Shown: positions 1 to 9,641 of the stretch, in pieces
Numbering within the stretch: the first letter of the stretch is position 1
Layout of the letters: each line of letters opens with the position of its first letter
NCBI RefSeq assembly: GCF_001194135.2
Contig: NC_068991.1
Coordinates: 68,143,361 to 68,181,389, forward strand
Length of the DNA: 38,029 nucleotides
Direction: 5' to 3'
Origin: Octopus bimaculoides
Lineage: Eukaryota
Program-made: the position numbers and the translations under genes
The notes under the pieces: model-generated
Told to the model about the DNA's origin: nothing
Database searches by the model: none
What the model saw: the letters and a program-made list of their open reading frames with translations, nothing else

Positions 1-699
1 ATATATATATATATGCGCATATATATGTATGTGTGAGTGTCTATATATACGTGTGTGACTTTGTGTTTGGCTCTGTGTGTGCGAACATTTAATATAAAAA
101 ATTTCCAGATATCAACAATGTAATCGTAGTAAGATCAATTATTAATTCGCTTTAAATTTTTCAATTTTCTATCTGAATCATTATTCTTCAGATAGTATCA
201 GATAATGTGCAGTAACAAAGATAAAGACCGCAATGACACCGTCCACCAGTCACCGAGAGTGAGAGAGAGTGAGAGAGATGGACATCTTCAAATAGAAATT
301 ATATTCGAAAATTCTCACGCAAGTGTCGTATGAAAGGGCTCGACTGAGTGTCCCCCATTCAGTCTCTTTATATCGAAGCATCTGCAGCCATTTGTCGTGC
401 TATCTAATATGGCGATATAAATTGAAATTATTTATCGGTTTCTTACATAATAACCCTATCAATATTTGTTTCAAGAGGAACCTCACACAAATTCTTCTGT
501 TGTAATAAAGAAGACATTTTTCTGGTTGTGAATCTGGATATATTTCCTCCATTCCGGTAGCGTTTCATCAAGTCTCCATTTGATAAATTGTACAAACATT
601 TCTTCAGAAACACGTGATCACGTGATAGGTGATGCAGTTCAAATGACGCTCATTTGATGAACAACGATCTCGCATATTCTAATCATGCATTTTCTGAGG

Positions 700-922
700 A
701 GTTTTTATACTATGTATCATTCGATGAGGGTCCTTTTGATCGGAATGTAATAAGTAATCGAACATAAAGCATAAACACATATGCAGGTTAAAGGTCGCGG
801 AGATCTCGCCAAAGCATAGCGTTCTTATAACCTGGTGTTAGAACTCTAAATACATATGTATCGGAATATAGTGTTATGCGAATACAGAGCCTAATGTGAA
901 ATTCAAGAAATGTTCTACTGTA
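700..922 (+). mobile_element. (TA)n-anchored short element (PLE-derived?) with a degenerate hammerhead-like motif
   Basis: Ends TTTCTCTAATT directly on a (TA)n tract. At 721-749: TCGATGA-G-GGTC(CTTTT)GATC-GGAA-TGTA. The left boundary is approximate. Confidence 0.4.
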
Positions 923-951
923 ATTTCTCTAATTATATATATATATATATA

Positions 952-995
952 TATGGGAGAATATACAAATAATAACAACAGAAGAGGACAGGTGG
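952..995 (-). mobile_element. 3' end of a (TA)n-anchored element running into a gap; same family as 3781-3918
   Basis: The reverse complement matches 3877-3920 with one mismatch (GGGAGAATATACAAATAATAACAACAGA[A/C]GAGGACAGGTGG). Confidence 0.8.
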
Positions 996-1640
996 NNNNN
1001 NNNNNNNNNNNNNNNNNNNNNNNNNNNNNNNNNNNNNNNNNNNNNNNNNNNNNNNNNNNNNNNNNNNNNNNNNNNNNNNNNNNNNNNNNNNNNNNNNNNN
1101 NNNNNNNNNNNNNNNNNNNNNNNNNNNNNNNNNNNNNNNNNNNNNNNNNNNNNNNNNNNNNNNNNNNNNNNNNNNNNNNNNNNNNNNNNNNNNNNNNNNN
1201 NNNNNNNNNNNNNNNNNNNNNNNNNNNNNNNNNNNNNNNNNNNNNNNNNNNNNNNNNNNNNNNNNNNNNNNNNNNNNNNNNNNNNNNNNNNNNNNNNNNN
1301 NNNNNNNNNNNNNNNNNNNNNNNNNNNNNNNNNNNNNNNNNNNNNNNNNNNNNNNNNNNNNNNNNNNNNNNNNNNNNNNNNNNNNNNNNNNNNNNNNNNN
1401 NNNNNNNNNNNNNNNNNNNNNNNNNNNNNNNNNNNNNNNNNNNNNNNNNNNNNNNNNNNNNNNNNNNNNNNNNNNNNNNNNNNNNNNNNNNNNNNNNNNN
1501 NNNNNNNNNNNNNNNNNNNNNNNNNNNNNNNNNNNNNNNNNNNNNNNNNNNNNNNNNNNNNNNNNNNNNNNNNNNNNNNNNNNNNNNNNNNNNNNNNNNN
1601 NNNNNNNNNNNNNNNNNNNNNNNNNNNNNNNNNNNNNNNN

Positions 1641-1734
<94 letters not shown>

Positions 1735-1968
1735 GTGTATATCAACGTATGTATATATACATGTATATGTGTGCGTATACTCATACATATGCATGTATAT
1801 ATATACACACATATATCAACACACATATATACGTATGTGTGAGTGTGTGTGTCCATACACAAATACACCTGTATACATGCGTATGAATTCATGACATATC
1901 CATACACACATACACACACAAACACATACATACACGTTATATATACATACATCTAAATACATAGGTGC

Positions 1969-2010
<42 letters not shown>

Positions 2011-2264
2011 TATGTATGTATGTATGTATGTATGTGTGTATGTATGAATACACAAACATACAGTAATATAAGCATTTGCACTAAATATCTAATTGATTCT
2101 TAATTCTTTAAAAAATAGGGAAGTGATTTGAGGACGCGATGCTTGTTGTATCCAGCCTATGGAGCGAGCACAGTCATCCTTGTTCGTTATTGATGCTGTA
2201 TTTTGTAGCTCGCTTATTGATTGAGCAAACATATAACAATCTCCACCTTTTTCCTGTTTTCAAG

Positions 2265-2312
2265 GAGCTCAGGGACGTGTTATTTACACGTATTCTTTCC
2301 CAAGATGCTAAA
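2265..2312 (+). CDS. Candidate internal exon (ELRDVLFTRILSQDAK)
   Basis: Acceptor CTTTTTCCTGTTTTCAAG, donor AAA|GTAAGA, 48 nt, open in phase 0. No homology recognised. Confidence 0.3.
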
Positions 2313-2393
2313 GTAAGATCTTGGGAGATATTTAGGTACTATTTCTAGCATGCTGCATAACTACGTAAAGGACCCTCGTTCCCTAGTCTCCTC

Positions 2394-2545
2394 TCATTGG
2401 GTTTTTGTTTTATATAATGGTGTTGCGGTTAGAGCAAGCCTTTCAGGTGTCATAAATCGCCCCCTGGCGGATAATTTATCAACTGAACGGATCATGGGTA
2501 GGAAATTTCCCGCGTGAACACGAAATAATCATTGGTTTCCGGTGT
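2394..2545. promoter_or_regulatory. CpG-rich motif cluster (CTCF-like, E2F-like, ETS-like, CCAAT)
   Basis: CGCCCCCTGGCGG at 2458-2470 (CTCF core), GGAAATTTCC/TTTCCCGCG at 2501-2514, ATTGG at about 2396 and 2531, TTTCCGGT at 2536-2543. Motif matches only. Confidence 0.35.
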
Positions 2546-2932
2546 AAACTTAAATGAATGCGTCGCTTTCGGCGCTTAGTTATGAGTTGTGTGAGCATGT
2601 GTGTCTATGTGTCTGTGAACATTACGAGTGATTGTGTGTGTGTGTGTGTGTATGTATGTGTGTGTGTGTGTGTGTGCGTGCAAGTGTGTGCAAGTGTGTG
2701 CAAATGTTTGTGTTGATACATAAGTAGATACAGAAACATATATAGCACGCACAATCACACACACACACACACACACACACACATGCATGCATATATATGT
2801 CTGTACAAGTATGTGTGCGTGCGTGCGCGTGTGTGTATGCATACACATACATATTTCTACACAATTATACATAATGTATAGAAATATGTGAATACATACA
2901 TGCATACATATATATGTGTGTGCGTGTACATA

Positions 2933-2980
<48 letters not shown>

Positions 2981-3046
2981 TATATGTATATATATGTATG
3001 TATGTCTGTATCTATCTATCTATTTATCTCTCTCTCTCTCTCTCTC

Positions 3047-3082
<36 letters not shown>

Positions 3083-3780
3083 TACGTACATATATATTCA
3101 TACACACACACACATACATAAGTAGATGGAGAGACAGACGGACTGACGGACAGAGAGTTAAATAGATAGATATGGTAATATAACACACGCGTGCGCACAT
3201 AACCGCTCATAACATATGCTCTCATATTCATATACGCAACTGAGATGTTTTCCATTAAGTGTTAAAGTCTTAATATTTCATTATATAAAAGAGTTACCTG
3301 CAATAATCGACGACGTAAAAAAATAGGCATTTTACATGTCAGAAACTGTGTAGCTGTTACGTGCCTGGAAACAATGGCCTATTTCTGGTTGTCAATTGAC
3401 TACAAAATTATTTATAATCAACATGTAATATGTAGAGAAGTAGCATTTTTAGTACAAGGCCTATTTAATAGCAATGACTGACAATGTCAGTGATGTGATT
3501 GGGAATATGGGTCCTTTGAAGGCGTTAGAGCGAACTTTCATTTTTAGTGATGGAGTTTCCTCTAATTAATAGTCCGAAAGATTTGTCGTGCATAGGATAA
3601 TGCGTGTTTGGGTCACTAGCACATGCGAAAAAGATGGAATAACTTCAGCATGAATTTCTGTGAACATGGCTCTGTTCGATAAAGGTTATCTTGAAGATAT
3701 ACTACAACAATCGTACATATATACATACATATATATATACACACGTGTGCATGTGTATGTATGTATATATATATTTATAT

Positions 3781-3918
3781 GTCTCTGTATTCTTTCTGTT
3801 GACGAGCGTAGCTCGAAACGTCAAAGACTTTCCGTATTCCCGAGCGTCATACTAATATATACTTTTGTTATTTACACCACCTGTCCTCGTCTGTTGTTAT
3901 TATTTGTATATTCTCCCA
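3781..3918 (+). mobile_element. (TA)n-anchored short element, copy 1
   Basis: Homologous to 3960-4107 and to the reverse complement of 952-995. Ends ATTCTCCC followed by (AT)n. Contains a hammerhead-like motif. Confidence 0.75.
3791..3827 (+). ncRNA. Minimal type I hammerhead-ribozyme-like motif (core CUGUUGA plus one extra nt)
   Basis: Helix I UCUUU/AAAGA; core 3796-3802; helix II GAGC/GCUC with a GUA loop; GAAA at 3815-3818; palindromic ACGU mini-helix III; GUC triplet. A second copy lies at 4019-4054. Confidence 0.55.
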
Positions 3919-3959
3919 TATATATATATATATATACACACACACATATATGAGTCGCC

Positions 3960-4107
3960 ATGATTGATCGCTTAATCCACAAGTTTTTTATTCTCTCTCT
4001 GTTTATTTCCTCGTGTTCCTTTCTGTTGAAGAGCGTAGACTCGAAATGTAAAAGACTTTCTCACTTTATACACCTGTCTTCGTCTATTGTTTTCTATAAA
4101 TTTCTAC
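3960..4107 (+). mobile_element. (TA)n-anchored short element, copy 2 (head-to-tail with copy 1)
   Basis: Shares TTTCTGTTGA.GAGCGTAG..TCGAAA.GT.AAAGACTTTC and CACCTGTC.TCGTCT.TTGTT with copy 1; ends on (TA)n. Confidence 0.72.
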
Positions 4108-4111
4108 TATA

Positions 4112-4145
<34 letters not shown>

Positions 4146-5572
4146 TATGTATGTGTGTGTGTTGTGTGTGCTTGCGTGTGTGTGTGTGTGTGCTTGCTTG
4201 TGTGCGTGCGTGCGTGCGTGTGTGTGTGTGTGTGCGAGCGTGTGTGTGTGTGTGTGTATACACGCACATCAGTACATCTAAATTAAATAACTTCATCATA
4301 ATATTAATGACGTATGAAATGGAATCTCAACGGAAATGACTCGTACCCTCGCCTGTGGTATTCGAACGTTGTATCTACTGTAAACCATATATGGTTCTTA
4401 CCATCTCTAACTCTGTATCACGCTGTGTGCATGTGTTGCAATCATGGATTTACAAATTTCATTGGTGAAAGATTTCGGCTTCTACTTTCGATTTCGGATG
4501 ACCTGGAGTACAATAATGACCACTACACTTCTTTTCATTGTTAACCTGGTCTATTTTTTATCTGCAGAGCTCTTAAGAATTTCACCAAGAAGATTTATCA
4601 TTTCAGCCTTACTCTAACACTTACATAAATATATTGATTGAAAACCTCCAGGAGTTTTATTAATGCAATCATTCGTGAAGATAAAAAAATGGAACATATA
4701 TGTAAAACAAACGCTACTGTATGCCACAATTTTCTGTCTGTCAACATCGCAAGAAGGCATTGGAAACTTAACATTGCAGCATAGAATGGCATAGACACCG
4801 TCGGTAATGAGTTAGTCTGTTTGGTAAAAGATATGATAGTGTGTGGATTGCTTCGACATACAGTAAATCAATCACAAATCACGCTAAATGATCACAGTTA
4901 CGTATAAATTAATTTCAACCGTAAATTTAGGCTGAGTAATCTTTTTAAAATTGGACTAGGCATAGTAAGAGTATCTTCAATGCCGTCAATTCTGATATTA
5001 GAAGGGCAGCGATGCCGTTACCAAATTCTTTTGTGGTTCTCAGAACAAAGCATAGTGAACGCTCACAGAGAATGACATCGTGGATTTGTTATACTTTCAT
5101 ACACACGCATGAACAGGTATATAGCCCATTGTTTGTATTATAATGCATTGTTGTACAATTCAAAACTTTTTATTCTTTACAAACAATACACAATGCTTCA
5201 AGCGAACTACAATACTCTCTTACCTCTATCTATAAATTTATGTACAAAGATGCGTATGTATGAGTTGGTATANNNNNNNNNNNNNNNNNNNNNNNNNNNN
5301 NNNNNNNNNNNNNNNNNNNNNNNNNNNNNNNNNNNNNNNNNNNNNNNNNNNNNNNNNNNNNNNNNNNNNNNNNNNNNNNNNNNNNNNNNNNNNNNNNNNN
5401 NNNNNNNNNNNNNNNNNNNNNNNNNNNNNNNNNNNNNNNNNNNNNNNNNNNNNNNNNNNNNNNNNNNNNNNNNNNNNNNNNNNNNNNNNNNNNNNNNNNT
5501 ATATATATATATATATTGTGCGTGGCTGTATATTGTGCGTGACTGTATATAGACCCTTACTGGGTCTATATG

Positions 5573-5790
5573 CAGTAACCAATCGCCTATCGCGGGCGTT
5601 GCGTTCCAAAACCTCCCCGTGATAGGTGAGAATCCGCGAAGTAGAAACAGTACTGTACTGTATATTCTTTTTTTTATTAATTTTATAATTTGTATATATA
5701 TATTTTTTATTATATATGCAAAGCAACACCACGGAAGAATCGATGTAAGCTTAAATAATAAACCGCGATAGGTGAATCGCAATATGGCGA
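5573..5790. mobile_element. pogo/Tigger-like (Tc1/mariner) MITE with right TIR truncated
   Basis: CAGTAACCAATCGCCTATCGCGG...CGTTCCAAAACCTC at the left end and CCGCGATAGGTGAATCGCAATATGGCGA at the right end; homologous to 31218-31407. Confidence 0.7.
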
Positions 5791-5925
5791 ATAAATTTAA
5801 ATGTATGAATTTTGTTTTTAATATTGAGCTCTGAAGAGGCTAGGGTACAGAATTTTGAGGTGTAACTAGAGACTGCGATGAATAGAGACAGACAGACAGA
5901 CAACGAGATAGATAGATAGACAGAC

Positions 5926-5979
<54 letters not shown>

Positions 5980-6939
5980 CGGAAGAAAGAGGGAGAGACA
6001 AAGTTAGATAAATAGACAGACAGATAGATAGATAGAGAGAGAAAGAGAGGGGCAGACAGACAGAGACAAAGAGGGAGGGTAACAAGGTGAGAGAGAAAAA
6101 GAGAGAAACGGAAGGAAAGAGAATGATAGTGAAAAGTGACGAATAAAGACCAAGAGCTAGAGAGAGAGAGAGAGTGACAGAGAGAGAGAGTGACAGAGAG
6201 AGAGAGAGAGAGTGACAGAGTGAGAGAGAGAGAGAGAGAGAGAGAAAGAAAGATATAAAGCGGAGAGAGATGGAGAAAGAGAGTGTTTGTATGNNNNNNN
6301 NNNNNNNNNNNNNNNNNNNNNNNNNNNNNNNNNNNNNNNNNNNNNNNNNNNNNNNNNNNNNNNNNNNNNNNNNNNNNNNNNNNNNNNNNNNNNNNNNNNN
6401 NNNNNNNNNNNNNNNNNNNNNNNNNNNNNNNNNNNNNNNNNNNNNNNNNNNNNNNNNNNNNNNNNNNNNNNNNNNNNNNNNNNNNNNNNNNNNNNNNNNN
6501 NNNNNNNNNNNNNNNNNNNNNNNNNNNNNNNNNNNNNNNNNNNNNNNNNNNNNNNNNNNNNNNNNNNNNNNNNNNNNNNNNNNNNNNNNNNNNNNNNNNN
6601 NNNNNNNNNNNNNNNNNNNNNNNNNNNNNNNNNNNNNNNNNNNNNNNNNNNNNNNNNNNNNNNNNNNNNNNNNNNNNNNNNNNNNNNNNNNNNNNNNNNN
6701 NNNNNNNNNNNNNNNNNNNNNNNNNNNNNNNNNNNNNNNNNNNNNNNNNNNNNNNNNNNNNNNNNNNNNNNNNNNNNNNNNNNNNNNNNNNNNNNNNNNN
6801 NNNNNNNNNNNNNNNNNNNNNNNNNNNNNNNNNNNNNNNNNNNNNNNNNNNNNNNNNNNNNNNNNNNNNNNNNNNNNNNNNNNNNNNNNNNNNNNNNNAT
6901 ATATATATATATATACTTTATTTAAAAGCAGCAGAAATA

Positions 6940-6989
6940 TAACAAAAGACTCGGAGTTTCACGTTCCCGTTCATCGGACAGTTTTGTTA
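6940..6989 (-). ncRNA. Type I hammerhead-ribozyme-like motif (core CCGAUGA, U4C)
   Basis: The minus strand reads UAACAAAA-CUGU-CCGAUGA-ACG(GGAA)CGU-GAA-ACU(CCG)AGU-C-UUUUGUUA. All three helices and the GUC triplet are present; the 4 nt of helix I next to the core are unpaired. It lies about 25 nt from a (TA)n tract. Confidence 0.6.
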
Positions 6990-7303
6990 GAAATGGGAAA
7001 GGAATTCCTTTCCCACACACATATACACACACGCGCCAGTATTGTTTGTTGAGAGCTGAGAATTACTCCATATGTCTTGTTCATTAGAACTGTCTCGGAA
7101 TTAAAGGATAACCATTTGCCAACATGTAACGGACCATTATGCAATGTAGTAATGATAGGCTGTGACGCTAAAGCAGTTCCCAGTTAACGTAATGTGCTTC
7201 AGCGAATTAAGACTCAAAAACAAATCACGTGATTGTGCTCATAGTAATGGCGGCCATAACCGCTGCCAAAATAATGGTTATTAATTAAAGCACAAGGTTT
7301 CTA

Positions 7304-7528
7304 AGGCGGCGAGCTGACAGAATCGTTACCGCGCCGAACAAAATGCTTAGCAGCATTTCACGCGCCTTGACGTTCTGAGTTCATATTTCGTCGAGGTCGA
7401 CTTTGCCTTTCATCCTTTCGGAGTCGATTAAGTAAGCACCAGTTGAGCAGTAGGGTGGGGGGTCGATATCTTCGACTTATCCCCTCTCCGTGTTTGTTGG
7501 CCTTGTACCAAAATTTGAAATGAATTTA
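7304..7528 (+). mobile_element. tRNA-derived SINE family C
   Basis: Head GGCGGCGAGCTGACAGAATCG, B-box-like GAGTTCATATTT; homologous to the copies at 7858, 17528 and 17761. Confidence 0.85.
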
Positions 7529-7857
7529 GGCAAGTGGCCAATAACATTGAGAGGAGGGTGTGGGGCGATTTTACGACCTCGGTACTATACTGATACTTAT
7601 TTGACTTTTGGTTGGATTTGAATTAAAAACGATAAAATCCGGAAGAAATACCAGATGGAATTTTGACCAACTCTTTTGGCTTAGTTTGAATGACGATCTG
7701 CGAGAAATATCGACCAAATATTCCTGAAAATACAGTATTTTGTGAAGAAAATGGACAAATGCCTTAAAGCTTCCCTTATGTACAAAGTGCAATCCTTCGG
7801 TGGTAGGAATAGATTGAATTCGATTATAATAACGATTGTTAATCTAGGCACGATGTA

Positions 7858-8073
7858 AAACGGTGACCTGGTAGACTTGTTAGCACGCTGGGCGAAATGC
7901 TTAGCACTATTTTGTCCATTTTGCGTCCTGAGTTCAAATTCCACCACAGTCGACTTTGCCTTTTTTTTCTTTCGAGATCAATAAAAGAGGTACCAGTTGA
8001 GTGCTGGGATCCTTGTCATCACCTCCCCCTCCCCCGGAATTTCTGGCTTTGTGCAAAAATTTGAAATGAATTT
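7858..8073 (+). mobile_element. SINE family C, diverged copy
   Basis: GTTAGCACGCTGGGCGAAATGCTTAG...GAGTTCAAATTCC...GTCGACTTTGCC; shares the 3' end AATTTGAAATGAATTT with the 7304 copy. Confidence 0.8.
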
Positions 8074-8111
8074 AAATACGAGGTCAGCAATTTTGACTGT
8101 ACATTTTATTG

Positions 8112-8497
8112 GGAGGCGCAATGGCCCAGTGGTTAGGGCAGCGAACTCGCGGTCATAGGATCGCGGTTTCGATTCCCAGACCGGGCGTTGTGAGTGTTTA
8201 TTAAGCGAAAACACCTAAAGCTCTACGAGGCTCCGGCAGGGGGTGGTGGCGAACCCTGCTGTACTCTTTCACCACAACTTTCTCTCACTCTTACTTCCTG
8301 TTTCTGTTGTGCCTGTAATTCAAAGGGTCAGCCTTGTCACACTGTGTCACGTTGAATATTCCCGAGAACTATGTTAAGGGTACACATGTCTGTGGAGTGC
8401 TCAGCCACTTGCACGTTAATTTCACGAGCAGGCTGTTCCGTTGTTCGGATCAACTGGAGCCCTCGACGTAGTAAGTGACGGAGTGCCAACAACAACA
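8112..8497 (+). mobile_element. tRNA-derived SINE family A, full length, (AAC)n tail, 11-bp TSD
   Basis: Pol III A-box TGGCCCAGTGG and B-box GTTTCGATTCC. TSD ACATTTTATTG at 8101-8111 and 8498-8508. Roughly 94% identical by eye to the copy at 25366; a third copy lies at 16193. Confidence 0.93.
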
Positions 8498-8929
8498 ACA
8501 TTTTATTGATTCCGGTACTTGACTGCACTTTTTTTTCATTGACCCCAGAAAAATGAGTGTCAAAGTTTCGGGGAAAAAAAGTGGAACGTATTTTGTCCAA
8601 CACACTTTAATTGCGCGACGGTCTGTCAGAAATATAAGCCAAATAGTCCTGAAATCAGATTCGACTGTGATAATAAAAGACAGATAACATAGTGCTTTCC
8701 TAATGTACAAACTGCAATCCAGCCTTGCCCAGCAGTTGTATATTGGTGGTTTGGTAACAGTGTTGCTACATCAAAGATGGCCCCGATTTTACTCTAGCAA
8801 ACATAATGTAATGGTGACTGAATGATGCTATTGCTCATTGTGTAGGAAATAATAACCGTGCTGGTTGAAGAAGTTCTGCTTCATCGCTATGAAAGCAGGC
8901 TTGTAGCAGAGAGAGAGAATGAGAGAATT

Positions 8930-8962
<33 letters not shown>

Positions 8963-8963
<1 letters not shown>

Positions 8964-9232
8964 AATAATTTAGAGAAGAACCACCATGGCTGCAACTCGC
9001 ACGAAGAAAGAGATCAGATACCATCAAGACACCATCTTTCTCCCACTTTCGTTTCTTAAACGTAACCGATTTGAATTCTTAGTCCAATATTTCATAGATT
9101 TTTATGTATTATAAATTTTCCCTTGGATTTTTTAGATTTTCAAACTAGTTTTGTGTGGTACACTTTTCTTGATGGTGTCTGATCTCCTTCTTCGTGCGAG
9201 TTCCACCATAATGGTTCTTCTCTAAATTATTA
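8963..9232. repeat. Inverted repeat with arms of about 66 bp (8963-9029 and 9167-9232) and a 137-nt spacer
   Basis: The arms align at about 90% identity, begin TAATAATTTAGAGAAGAACC, and the left arm abuts a (TA)n tract. Confidence 0.9.
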
Positions 9233-9570
9233 AAATATTTTTCAATAAACAACTCAATTTGATATTATCAAATTGTATTTCCTTGTAAGTTCAGATTTTG
9301 TAATTCCGATGAAGGAAAAGTTCCATAAGTGGGTCGTCTGTTTTCCTATGTGTTCGTTCTGTTGTCTGTAAACAAAGTCCGTTTTTGTGCTTTATGTTCC
9401 CATTCCTTTTCTGACATCCTGTACCCGGATATGCATCTATATATACATGTAGATGTAGGTATGTACATATATGTATGTATACATGCATATGCTCATATTT
9501 CATTTGTATTATTATATTATCGAACGCTACGTGTACATTTGCAAGTAAGTTTTAACTTTATATATACATA

Positions 9571-9641
<71 letters not shown>

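Larger units (their letters stand above)
7681..8720 (+). repeat. Two diverged copies (7681-7795 and 8607-8720) of an unclassified ancient repeat
   Basis: Shared blocks GACG.TCTG..AGAAATAT...CCAAATA.TCCTGAAA and ATGTACAAA.TGCAATCC; about 70% identity by eye. Confidence 0.65.

Noticed and set aside
492-592. ETLPEWRKYIQ resembles the SPX/XPR1 N-terminus (PEWRKQYIQ)
   Set aside because: The similarity is limited to a few residues. The conserved MKF start and the downstream K cluster are missing.
7224-7258. ATCACGTGAT and ATGGCGGCCAT motifs as a promoter
   Set aside because: They are short motifs adjacent to a SINE, with no associated exon or donor found.
8112-8190. tRNA-like heads of the SINEs as tRNA genes
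   Set aside because: They continue into shared SINE bodies with tails and TSDs, and no complete cloverleaf with acceptor stem was seen.
8690-8800. Minus-strand SKIGAIFDVATLLPNHQYTTAGQGWIAV (IGAIF as in the iGluR amino-terminal domain)
   Set aside because: The 3' part lies inside the two-copy ancient repeat, there is no good donor, and the rest does not fit iGluR sequence.
9306-9335. CCGATGA-A-GGAA(AAG)TTCC hammerhead-like start
   Set aside because: It is followed by ATAA rather than GAAA and has no helix I; kept only as weak support for the family-level finding.
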